Source of the DNA: an uncultured Ruminococcus sp.
GTDB lineage: Bacteria > Bacillota > Clostridia > Oscillospirales > CAG-272
Direction: 5' to 3'
NCBI GenBank assembly: GCA_964630635.1
Contig: CAZVVM010000001.1
Coordinates: forward strand, 1,053 to 50,246
Length of the DNA stretch: 49,194 nt
Shown here: piece after piece, positions 9,886-17,759 of the stretch
How the letters are laid out: each line of letters begins with the position of its first letter
How positions within the stretch are numbered: the first letter of the stretch is position 1
Position numbers and translations under genes: made by a program
Notes under the pieces: generated by a model
Database searches by the model: none
Seen by the model: the letters and a program-made list of their open reading frames with translations, nothing else
What the model was told of the DNA's origin: nothing

Positions 9886-11597
9886 TGCGTCTCACCTCCT
9901 ATCTGTGATAGCGAAATCTCGCGGTAAATATCGCAGGTGGAGATCAGCTCGTCGTGAGTACCGTCACCGACGACCTTTCCGTTCTCAAGAACGAGTATTC
10001 TGTCGGCGTGCGATATTGAGCTTACACGCTGTGCGACGATGACCTTCGTCGTGTTTGCATAGCTTTCGCGCAGATGAGAGCGAAGCGTTGCGTCCGTTCT
10101 GTAATCGAGCGCGCTTGACGAGTCGTCAAGAATGAGTATGTCGGGCTTACCCGCAAGGGCTCGCGTGATAAGAACTCTTTGTCTCTGACCGCCGCTCAAA
10201 TTAGTGCCCTTTGTATTGAGCCAGTGATCCGTTCCGTCGTCAAGGGCGGATACGAATTCTGAAGCGCAGGCGTTATCGAGTGCCGATGAAATCTCGTCTT
10301 CTGAAACGTCACGGCCGAAAGATATGTTATCAAGAAGCGTTCCCGCATAAATGAAATCATTTTGCAGGACGGTACCGAAGCGTGTACGAAGCTCCTCTGA
10401 CGTGAGAGATCTTATGTCGTAGCCGTCTATGAGAACGGAGCCGCTATCGGGGTCGTAAAAGCGCAGAAGCAGTTGTATCAGCGTTGATTTGCCGCTTCCC
10501 GTTGCACCTATTATTCCGATCGTCTGACCTTTTTTCAGAGTAAAGGAAACGTTATCGAGATTTTGCTTTGAGCCGTTGTATGAGAAGGAAACGTCACGGA
10601 ATTCAATAAATGTGTCGGTATTTTCACGCTCGCCCTTTGGTAAATAAGAGATGTCCGGCTCAATATCGCATATTTCGGAAATTCTGTCAGCCGATGCTAC
10701 GCCTTTGGAGAACATTGTAAATATTCTCGTTATACTGAGCATTGCGTTAAGAATGATCGTAAAATACGACATAAACGCGATTATCATTCCGGCTTCTGCT
10801 TTTCCGCCGTTTACTCTTATCGCGCCGACGAGTATGACCGCCGACATTCCGATATTGAGAAATGCGTTCATAAGCGGCGTTGTAAGCGAGATAACGTAGC
10901 CAGATTTAAGCTCGGCTTCGTTAAGACGCTTGTTTTTGGAATCAAACTTTTTGTTCTGATGTTCAACTCGTGAAAGCGCCTTTATAACGCGGATGCCCTG
11001 TGCGCTCTCGCGTACGGTGCCGACCATATCGTCAGTACGCTCCTGCACCTTTTTGTAAAGCGGAATTCCTTTTTTCGACACTATAACGACTGCCGCCGTT
11101 ATGAAGGGAAGGACCGCAAGGAGAACGAGACAGAGCATCGGTTCCATTGAGAAGGTGATTATGATTCCGCCGATAAGAAGTATCGGAGCGCGGACACCGA
11201 GACGCTGAACCATTCCTATCGTATGGTGAACGTTATATGTGTCCGACGTAAGACGCGTTTCGAGCGTTGGAATCGTGATCTCATCTATCTGCCTTGATGA
11301 TAAGTAGGATATTCTCTTAAACAGATCGCTTCTTATTTCTCTTGTAGCGTCGCGCGCCACGGCGCAAGCCATACGGTTTGCGACAACGTTGCCCACTAAT
11401 CCTATGACGGCGCAAAGGAGCATCAGTCCGCCGAACAGAACAACAGTCTTGATGCTGCCCGTAGGAACAACGTTGTCAATAATATGCTCAAGAATGTACG
11501 GTATCAAAAGGTCTACGACCGTTCCTATGATCTTGATAATAAGACCGACTGTCATCATAGAATAGTGAGGGCGAAGATATTTCATTATGAATTTCAT
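9882..11597 (-). CDS. ABC exporter half-transporter (TMD-NBD fusion), degenerate-site subunit
   Basis: 571 aa with Walker A GATGSGKST, signature LSGGQ, and Walker B ILILDDSSS (Asp replaces the catalytic Glu). Confidence 0.9.
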   Translation of the reverse strand: MKFIMKYLRPHYSMMTVGLIIKIIGTVVDLLIPYILEHIIDNVVPTGSIKTVVLFGGLMLLCAVIGLVGNVVANRMACAVARDATREIRSDLFKRISYLSSRQIDEITIPTLETRLTSDTYNVHHTIGMVQRLGVRAPILLIGGIIITFSMEPMLCLVLLAVLPFITAAVVIVSKKGIPLYKKVQERTDDMVGTVRESAQGIRVIKALSRVEHQNKKFDSKNKRLNEAELKSGYVISLTTPLMNAFLNIGMSAVILVGAIRVNGGKAEAGMIIAFMSYFTIILNAMLSITRIFTMFSKGVASADRISEICDIEPDISYLPKGERENTDTFIEFRDVSFSYNGSKQNLDNVSFTLKKGQTIGIIGATGSGKSTLIQLLLRFYDPDSGSVLIDGYDIRSLTSEELRTRFGTVLQNDFIYAGTLLDNISFGRDVSEDEISSALDNACASEFVSALDDGTDHWLNTKGTNLSGGQRQRVLITRALAGKPDILILDDSSSALDYRTDATLRSHLRESYANTTKVIVAQRVSSISHADRILVLENGKVVGDGTHDELISTCDIYREISLSQIGGETQ

Positions 11598-11625
11598 CTT
11601 GTACCTCGTATATTAAACTAAAAAC

Positions 11626-11654
11626 ATTATACTACATATCGTTTTTGATGTCAA
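11626..11654 (-). promoter_or_regulatory. sigma-A-type promoter for the ABC/flavoprotein operon
   Basis: The minus strand reads TTGACA-17 nt-TATAAT, about 28 nt upstream of the ATG at 11597. Confidence 0.55.
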
Positions 11655-11669
11655 CAAACGCCAAAAATA

Positions 11670-11698
11670 TTGACAAAACTCTGCGTATAAGTTAGAAT
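11670..11698 (+). promoter_or_regulatory. sigma-A-type promoter for birA
   Basis: TTGACA (11670-11675), 17 nt spacer, TAGAAT (11693-11698). A GGGGGAG RBS precedes the ATG at 11722. Confidence 0.55.
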
Positions 11699-11721
11699 TA
11701 TACCGAAAAGGGGGAGAAACC

Positions 11722-12465
11722 ATGGTCGAACTGTGTGAAGACGGAAATAGAGCAGAAATTGCATTTTTTGATACGCTTCCGTCAACCAACGCCTTTCTTA
11801 AAGAGGAATGTAAAAAAGGCGCACCGAACTACTATACCGTTATCGCCGATCGTCAGACGAGCGGCAGAGGACGCCTCGGAAGAAGCTTTTTTTCCGATAA
11901 CGGCGGTCTGTATATGAGCTTTCTGCTTCGCGAGGTCGACGATGGTGACTTGATACGTATTACCGCTGCGGCAGGGGTCTCTGTTGCCGAAGCGATTGAT
12001 ATAGTATACGGTGTTAAGTGCAGAATAAAGTGGGTAAACGATCTGATATATAACGGTAAAAAGGTCTGCGGAATATTAGCGGAAGGTGTTATATCCGAAA
12101 GCGGAATAATTGAGGGTGTTGTCGTTGGTGTTGGTGTCAATATTGCTCCGCCGATCGGAGGATTTCCTGACGAGATCAAGGATATTGCAGGCACCGTTTC
12201 CGATCACTATTCAGCTGCCGAGCGCGACGCTCTTGCCAATGCAATTCTCGCAAGCTTTTGTCGTAATATCGGGTCGCAGACGCTTGTAGACGAATACCGC
12301 GCTCTTTCTAACGTGATAGGAAAAGACGTAAAGGTGATCACGCCAAGTGGAACCTACGATGCGAAAGCAATCGAGATTGATTCATCGTTTGGACTTACAG
12401 TTGTAACAGACGACGGAAAAAAGAAAACTCTCCGTAGCGGAGAGATAAGCATTAGAACGAAATAA
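11722..12465 (+). CDS. birA: biotin--[acetyl-CoA-carboxylase] ligase, group I (no N-terminal HTH domain)
   Basis: 247 aa with the biotin-binding motif QTSGRGRLGRSF, the KWVNDL block and a C-terminal SH3-like tail. The length is too short for a DNA-binding domain. Confidence 0.85.
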   Translation: MVELCEDGNRAEIAFFDTLPSTNAFLKEECKKGAPNYYTVIADRQTSGRGRLGRSFFSDNGGLYMSFLLREVDDGDLIRITAAAGVSVAEAIDIVYGVKCRIKWVNDLIYNGKKVCGILAEGVISESGIIEGVVVGVGVNIAPPIGGFPDEIKDIAGTVSDHYSAAERDALANAILASFCRNIGSQTLVDEYRALSNVIGKDVKVITPSGTYDAKAIEIDSSFGLTVVTDDGKKKTLRSGEISIRTK

Positions 12466-12491
12466 CCGACGGAAAACCGTCGGTTATTTTT
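12464..12491. terminator. bidirectional Rho-independent terminator
   Basis: AACCGACGG-aaaa-CCGTCGGTT followed by ATTTTT: a 9-bp stem between convergent birA and the permease gene. Confidence 0.6.
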
Positions 12492-13632
12492 ATATCAGTG
12501 AACAGAATAACATAAGTATTCCCAGGAAAGTGAAATTGATAAGTGAGAACATAATGAAGTATTTCTTTACACCCTGCGGATCGACCGACTGGTACTGCTT
12601 GAACGTGATCAGCGAGGCAAGAGATGCGATAAGCGTTCCCGTTCCGCCTATATTCACTCCGATAAGCAGATCTCGGTAATTCCCGGTAAATTCAGAAAGG
12701 AGAATAGCAGATGGCACGTTACTTATGAACTGGCAGGAGAGGGAGCTGAATATCAGAGCGTTTTTCTCCATAAGAGCAGAGAGTACGTTGCTTATAGCGT
12801 CTATTCGTGCCATATTTCCTGCAAATATAAAGAAGAAAACAAAGGTAAAGAGAAGTCCGTAATCTACGTCTTTAAGTGCCTTCCTGTCAAGCATGATCAT
12901 TGCTGCGGGTATAAGAATAAGCCCGATCACAAAGGGAACGAGACGGAAAACTATAAGAAGCGAAAATGCGAACAGCATAATATAGGCGGCGGTTTTTCCT
13001 GCGGGCAGCTTCGTGTCGTCCGCGCAGTTAAGCTCAACCTTCTCGTTTTTTACGAATATAAAGACGGAAAGAAGTATTAGAGCTATCGAAAGAAGGAAGG
13101 GCGGAAGCATTATAAGAGTAAACTCACCCGTCGGAATATTGAATTTGTTGTAAAGAAACAGATTTTGCGGATTACCGAAGGGAGTTACCATACCGCCGAG
13201 GTTTGCGGCGATATTCTGCATAATAAAGGTGTAGCAAAGATATTTCTTGTTACCTGTTTCCGAAAGTGCTATGTAGCCGAGAGGGAGAAAGGTGATAAGC
13301 GCCATATCGTTTGCAATCAGCATTGACCCGATAAAGGTAATCATAAGAAGTGCAATAACCGTTTTTCTCGTGCTTCCTGCGAGCGAAACCAGCTTTCTTG
13401 CAACGACGGTAAAGAACTTTACGTTACGAAGCCCGCATATGACCGCAAGCGTACAGAAAAGACAGGTAAGCGTTCTGAAATCGAGATACGATAAATACTT
13501 CTCATCAGGCGGAACTATAAAAGAAGAAAGCAGCGCGGCAAAGAAAGCAACGATCAGAACCGTGTTTTGCTTGAGAATACATATAATTTTATGAAAGTCA
13601 AGTTTTCTTTTAATTGGTTCGTGGGCGATCAT
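12490..13632 (-). CDS. polytopic membrane permease, ArsB/NhaD (citrate-transporter-like) superfamily; substrate unknown
   Basis: 380 aa, almost entirely hydrophobic helices (about 10 TM). The overall pattern (ANDMALITFLP, GGMVTPFGNPQN, IGGTGTLIASLA) resembles ion-transporter-superfamily anion permeases. An AAGGAG RBS is present. Confidence 0.55.
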   Translation of the reverse strand: MIAHEPIKRKLDFHKIICILKQNTVLIVAFFAALLSSFIVPPDEKYLSYLDFRTLTCLFCTLAVICGLRNVKFFTVVARKLVSLAGSTRKTVIALLMITFIGSMLIANDMALITFLPLGYIALSETGNKKYLCYTFIMQNIAANLGGMVTPFGNPQNLFLYNKFNIPTGEFTLIMLPPFLLSIALILLSVFIFVKNEKVELNCADDTKLPAGKTAAYIMLFAFSLLIVFRLVPFVIGLILIPAAMIMLDRKALKDVDYGLLFTFVFFFIFAGNMARIDAISNVLSALMEKNALIFSSLSCQFISNVPSAILLSEFTGNYRDLLIGVNIGGTGTLIASLASLITFKQYQSVDPQGVKKYFIMFSLINFTFLGILMLFCSLI

Positions 13633-13661
13633 AATTATACTCCTTGTAAAAATCCTCGAAA

Positions 13662-13690
13662 ATTATATCAAAAACACGGTGCTGCATCAA
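13662..13690 (-). promoter_or_regulatory. possible sigma-A promoter for the permease gene
   Basis: The minus strand reads TTGATG-17 nt-TATAAT, ending about 30 nt upstream of the ATG at 13632. Confidence 0.35.
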
Positions 13691-13723
13691 GCGCAATTAT
13701 CTACAATTTTTTATTTAATAATA

Positions 13724-13752
13724 TTGATTTTTACGGCAAAAAGTGGTATAAT
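13724..13752 (+). promoter_or_regulatory. sigma-A promoter with extended -10 for galT
   Basis: TTGATT (13724-13729), 17 nt spacer, TGgTATAAT (-10 at 13747-13752). Confidence 0.5.
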
Positions 13753-13803
13753 TATCAAAAATGTATTTTATAGAATGACAGACATAATAACGAGGCGGTA
13801 AAA

Positions 13804-15303
13804 ATGATAAACGAAGCAATAACTCAACTGATAAATTACGCTGAAAAGAACGGACTGATCGAGAAGGATGACCGCGCATATGCTATAAACAGAGTGCTTG
13901 AGGTCCTCGGCATTGACGGATATGAGCCGACTGATAATGCGCCTGAAAGAGAGATACACGAGATCCTTTCAGTTATGTGCGACTATGCGGTAGCAAAGGG
14001 TATGGTAGAGGACGGCGTTGTCTTCCGTGACCTTTTTGATACGAAGATAATGGGCGCTATAATGCCGCGTCCGTCTGAAGTGATTTCGAAGTTCACTTCT
14101 CTATACGAAAAATCGCCGAAGGAAGCGACAGACTGGTATTATAAGTTGAGCTGTGACAGCAACTATATTCGCGGGGACAGAATAAAGAAGGACAGACGCT
14201 GGAAGCTCGATACCGAGTTCGGAACGATGGACATAACGATCAATCTTTCGAAGCCCGAAAAGGACCCGAAGGCGATCGCTGCTGCAAGAAATATGAAGCA
14301 GTCGGATATTGCTTATCCGAAGTGTGCCCTTTGTAAAGAAAACGAAGGGTATGCAGGCCGCATCAATGCTCCGGCAAGACAGAACCATAGAATTATCCCC
14401 GTCACGATCAACGAGTCGCCGTGGATGTTCCAGTACTCGCCTTACGTTTATTACAACGAGCATTGTATCGTATTTAATTCCGAACATACTCCGATGGCGA
14501 TTAATAAGGCGACCTTCAGAAAGCTTCTCGATTTCGTCATTCAGTTCCCGCACTATTTCGTCGGTTCAAACGCCGATCTTCCGATTGTAGGCGGTTCTAT
14601 TCTTACTCACGACCACTTCCAGGGCGGTAACTATACGTTCGCTATGGCGGTCGCGCCGATTGAGCGAGAGATCAGCTTCAACGGTTTCTCTGACGTTAGT
14701 GCAGGCATCGTTAAATGGCCGTTAAGCGTTATACGTCTTTCGAGCGAAAATCCAGACCGTCTCGTTGAGCTCGGCGGAGTTATACTCGACAAATGGATAA
14801 ATTACAGCGACGAGGACGCATATATCTTTGCATATACCGACGGTGAACGCCATAACACGATAACGCCTATCGCACGCAAGAATGGCGACAAGTACGAGCT
14901 CGACCTCGTTCTCCGCAACAACATAACGACCCCCGACCGTCCTCTCGGCGTATATCATCCGCGCCCCGAGTACCATCATATAAAGAAAGAGAACATTGGA
15001 CTTATCGAGGTAATGGGACTTGCGGTTCTTCCCGCACGTCTTAAAAAGGAGCTGGCAGAGGTAGCCGACGCTATCGTTCGCGGCATCGATCTTCGCTCGA
15101 CCGAAACTCTTGCAAGCCACGCAGCTTGGGCAGAGCAGGTTATCGGTAATCATCCCGAAATCAGCAAGGATAATGTACTTGAAATTCTTGAGTATGAAAC
15201 GGGTAAGGTCTTTGAGGGTTGCCTTGTTGATGCAGGCGTTTATAAATGCACGCCCGAAGGCAGAGATGCTTTCAAAAAGTTTATTGACAGTGTAAATGAA
15301 TAA
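13804..15303 (+). CDS. galT: UDP-glucose--hexose-1-phosphate uridylyltransferase (type 2, Firmicute-type GalT)
   Basis: 499 aa. The length and N-terminus (INQLINYAEKNGLIEKDD-like) fit the roughly 490-500 aa Gram-positive GalT family. The catalytic region reads GGSILTHDHFQGG (HxHxQ-type motif). Confidence 0.9.
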   Translation: MINEAITQLINYAEKNGLIEKDDRAYAINRVLEVLGIDGYEPTDNAPEREIHEILSVMCDYAVAKGMVEDGVVFRDLFDTKIMGAIMPRPSEVISKFTSLYEKSPKEATDWYYKLSCDSNYIRGDRIKKDRRWKLDTEFGTMDITINLSKPEKDPKAIAAARNMKQSDIAYPKCALCKENEGYAGRINAPARQNHRIIPVTINESPWMFQYSPYVYYNEHCIVFNSEHTPMAINKATFRKLLDFVIQFPHYFVGSNADLPIVGGSILTHDHFQGGNYTFAMAVAPIEREISFNGFSDVSAGIVKWPLSVIRLSSENPDRLVELGGVILDKWINYSDEDAYIFAYTDGERHNTITPIARKNGDKYELDLVLRNNITTPDRPLGVYHPRPEYHHIKKENIGLIEVMGLAVLPARLKKELAEVADAIVRGIDLRSTETLASHAAWAEQVIGNHPEISKDNVLEILEYETGKVFEGCLVDAGVYKCTPEGRDAFKKFIDSVNE

Positions 15304-15306
15304 CGT

Positions 15307-15335
15307 AAAACGGCGCTCTTTGAGCGTCGTTTTGT
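15307..15335 (+). terminator. Rho-independent terminator after galT
   Basis: AACGGCGCTC-ttt-GAGCGTCGTT (one G-U pair) followed by a TTTT run. Confidence 0.55.
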
Positions 15336-15367
15336 TATTAATTCGTATATAAATCGTTAAAATATTA

Positions 15368-15396
15368 TTGACATCTGATTATATCTGTGATATAAT
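15368..15396 (+). promoter_or_regulatory. sigma-A promoter with extended -10
   Basis: TTGACA (15368-15373), 17 nt spacer, TGaTATAAT (-10 at 15391-15396), upstream of the zinc-ribbon membrane protein gene. Confidence 0.55.
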
Positions 15397-15444
15397 CTGC
15401 ATAGTTACTTTTTAGTACATTATTTTTATTTGGAGGACACATTT

Positions 15445-16248
15445 ATGTTCTGTAACAAATGCGGAAAAGAACTTTCCGATAACGCTACCTTCTGTTCCGG
15501 CTGCGGAAATCAGGTAGGTGCAGCTCCCGCAGCAGCTCCCGCTGCAGCATCTTCTTCGCTTCCCCCCATCCTTTCTCGTCTTATCAGCCAGATCACCAAC
15601 TTCTTCACCAAGAAGGATCCCGTTGGCGTAGTTGCTAACTCCGCAAAGGACAATAGCTTCTCCGGCGTTATCCTCGCTGTATTCGGCGTTCTTATGTTCG
15701 CTGTTGGCGCGATGGTAAACGTGAATCAGGGTATGCTTGCTTACTACAAGAACGCTTATGACGATATGTGGTCTGACAAGATTGCTGAACAAATTGCAAA
15801 AAGATTCCCGACAGGAACATCGTTCGGTATGTTTCTTCTTCTTGCAGTAGTCGTTTTTGCAGTTGCTTCCGTTATGGTATACGTTGCAACCACCAAGATT
15901 GCAAAAAAGCAGATTAGCATTAGCGGCGCAGTAAACGTAGTTGCTTATGCTTCTATTCCGATGATTGCTGTTTCAATTCTGAATATGCTTCTCGGTCTCA
16001 TTTGGTACCCTCTTCCCGTTATCTTTATGCTCGTAGCTCTTTGTGCTACCGTTGCTATTATCGGATCTTCCATCGACAAGGTTTCCGAAAGTGAAAAGCC
16101 CCTTACTGTTAAGCTTCTCGTTTTTGGTGTTACTGCAGTTGTCGCACTTGTCTTCCTTTGGATCGCTCTTAAGAGCATCAACAACCTCAAAGATAAAGAA
16201 GGCGCAATTTCAGCACTTATTAACAACTTTATTGTAAAGCTCGACTAA
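15445..16248 (+). CDS. zinc-ribbon domain membrane protein (function unknown)
   Basis: The N-terminal CxxC-x12-CxxC ribbon (FCNKCGKELSDNATFCSGCG) is followed by an Ala/Pro-rich linker and about 5 TM helices. The start is reassigned to the ATG at 15445 (GGAGG 8 nt upstream) in place of the track's TTG at 15430. Confidence 0.6.
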   Translation: MFCNKCGKELSDNATFCSGCGNQVGAAPAAAPAAASSSLPPILSRLISQITNFFTKKDPVGVVANSAKDNSFSGVILAVFGVLMFAVGAMVNVNQGMLAYYKNAYDDMWSDKIAEQIAKRFPTGTSFGMFLLLAVVVFAVASVMVYVATTKIAKKQISISGAVNVVAYASIPMIAVSILNMLLGLIWYPLPVIFMLVALCATVAIIGSSIDKVSESEKPLTVKLLVFGVTAVVALVFLWIALKSINNLKDKEGAISALINNFIVKLD

Positions 16249-16256
16249 TAATTTCG

Positions 16257-16290
16257 CAAAAGCAGTCGCTTCGGCGACTGCTTTTTCTTT
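16257..16290. terminator. bidirectional Rho-independent terminator
   Basis: aaaAGCAGTCGC-ttcg-GCGACTGCTttttc: a 9-bp GC-rich stem with a UUCG-type tetraloop between convergent genes. Confidence 0.7.
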
Positions 16291-16658
16291 TATTTTGGTT
16301 TACTTTTGAATATTAAAGAAACTGCCAAGCCCATAAACATTGCGGCGGTTATTCCGCCTGCGGCACCTGTAATACCGCCCGTCAGCACACCAATCAAGCC
16401 GTCACTGTCGACGGCTTTTTTCACGCCCTCTGCCAGGCAGTAACCGAAGCCGGTAAGCGGTGTAGTAGCGCCGTTGCCTGCGAATTTTACGAGATGTCCG
16501 TAAACGCCTATTCCCGTCAGAAAAACACCGATAACAACGTATGATACGAGTATTCGTGCGGGTGTCAGCTTTGTCTTATCTATCAGTATTTGTGCTATCG
16601 CGCAAAATACACCTCCGACCAGAAATGCGATCAACAGCCGACCTTCAACCGTGTTCAT
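16290..16658 (-). CDS. spoVAEB: stage V sporulation protein AE (SpoVAEb type)
   Basis: 122 aa with 4 TM helices. The blocks FLVGGVFCAIAQILID, KLTPA, GNGATTPLTGFG, GLIGVLTGG and the C-terminal IFKSKPK match the SpoVAC/SpoVAEb family, and the length fits SpoVAEb. It overlaps spoVAD by 4 nt. Confidence 0.8.
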   Translation of the reverse strand: MNTVEGRLLIAFLVGGVFCAIAQILIDKTKLTPARILVSYVVIGVFLTGIGVYGHLVKFAGNGATTPLTGFGYCLAEGVKKAVDSDGLIGVLTGGITGAAGGITAAMFMGLAVSLIFKSKPK

Positions 16659-17662
16659 AAACCTCTCTCCTTTGTAATTCTGATAAGGTGCGCTATCCCG
16701 GGGATGGTTTTTCCTTGCAATATTGCCATCGGTGACATCAGTGCGCCCGTTGCGATATAAAGAATATCAGTCATTTCACCGCGTTCAAGCTTCGGCAAAA
16801 TATACGATGATAATACCGACGCCGAACAACCGCATCCCGAACCGCCTGCATGAACGTCCTGCCTGTCTCGGTCGTATATCATAAGTCCGCAGTCGTTATA
16901 GTTTCTTGTCATATCGTATCCATATTCAGTCATCTTTTCCGTGACGATTGAATGACCCTCATAACCGAGGTCGCCGGTGAAAATGCCGTCAAAGTCTGTG
17001 GGCATCATTCCGGATTCGTCAAAGTAACGCTTTAAAGTATCGATCGCCGCAGGTGCCATCGCTGCGCCCATATTCGCAGGATCGTTTATGCCTTCGTCAC
17101 GGATTATACCGGGGAGTAACTCGGTTATATACGCACCGTCACCCTCTCCGAGTATAAACGCCCCTGATCCTGTCACCGTCCACTGTGCTGTCGGCGGACG
17201 CTGACCGCCGTACTCAACGGGGTAACGGAATTGACGCTCGGATGAGCAGTTGTGCGACGAAGTTACGACTGCGGCAGTTTTAAGCGTATCAGCCGAATTC
17301 AGAAAGATAGTCGCTAACATAAGTCCTTCCGCCGACGTCGAACAAGCCCCGTACAGACCGAAGAAGGGGACTCCTGCGTCACTCAAACCGTAGTTTGAGC
17401 TGGAGCATTGGTTTATCAGGTCGCCCGCAAACAGTCCGTCGAGATTTTTCGGATCGGTTTTTGACTTTTTCAGCGCAAGATTCAGAGCGATATGCTGCAT
17501 CTCGCTCTCGGCAAGCTCCCACGTCTTTTGACCGAACCTGTCGCTTTCGTCGTGAAAATCAAAATATCTGCCAAGCGGTCCTTCGTGCTCCTTGTTACCT
17601 ACCGCGCATGCGTGACCTATTATACTCGGGCATTTTTTTACGCGAATAATTCCTTTACGCAT
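16655..17662 (-). CDS. spoVAD: stage V sporulation protein AD
   Basis: 335 aa with a thiolase-like fold. The N-terminus (PSIIGHACAVGNKEHEGPLG, FDFHDESDRFGQKTWE) is characteristic of SpoVAD. A GGAGAA RBS lies 5 nt upstream. Confidence 0.85.
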   Translation of the reverse strand: MRKGIIRVKKCPSIIGHACAVGNKEHEGPLGRYFDFHDESDRFGQKTWELAESEMQHIALNLALKKSKTDPKNLDGLFAGDLINQCSSSNYGLSDAGVPFFGLYGACSTSAEGLMLATIFLNSADTLKTAAVVTSSHNCSSERQFRYPVEYGGQRPPTAQWTVTGSGAFILGEGDGAYITELLPGIIRDEGINDPANMGAAMAPAAIDTLKRYFDESGMMPTDFDGIFTGDLGYEGHSIVTEKMTEYGYDMTRNYNDCGLMIYDRDRQDVHAGGSGCGCSASVLSSYILPKLERGEMTDILYIATGALMSPMAILQGKTIPGIAHLIRITKERGL

Positions 17663-17686
17663 ATTAATTCTCCAAATCAGTTTTTA

Positions 17687-17717
17687 ATAATATTTCCTGA
17701 AAAAGCACGAATATGCA
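17687..17717 (-). promoter_or_regulatory. possible forespore-type (sigma-G/sigma-F class) promoter for spoVAD-spoVAEb
   Basis: The minus strand reads tGCATA-17 nt-AATATTA. This resembles the GHATR / CATxxTA sigma-G consensus with one mismatch in the -10. It is located 25-55 nt upstream of the spoVAD ATG. Confidence 0.3.
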
Positions 17718-17746
17718 AAAAAACAAGGACCGAAGTCCTTGTTTTT
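17716..17746 (-). terminator. Rho-independent terminator after the Gfo/Idh/MocA gene (hairpin is symmetric, so could act both ways)
   Basis: aaaaaaACAAGGAC-cgaa-GTCCTTGTtttt: an 8-bp stem with U-runs on both strands. It separates the oxidoreductase gene from spoVAD. Confidence 0.65.
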
Positions 17747-17759
17747 GATTGTGTTTTTA

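Noticed and set aside
13761-13778. A 5-codon upstream mini-ORF (ATG TAT TTT ATA GAA TGA) in the galT leader.
   Set aside because: It has no RBS, is too short to evaluate, and is expected by chance in AT-rich leaders.
15520-15560. An Ala/Pro-rich repetitive stretch (GAAPAAAPAAASSS) that looks like a DNA repeat.
   Set aside because: It is an in-frame low-complexity linker between the zinc ribbon and the TM domain of one protein. It is not a tandem repeat element or a CRISPR-like structure.
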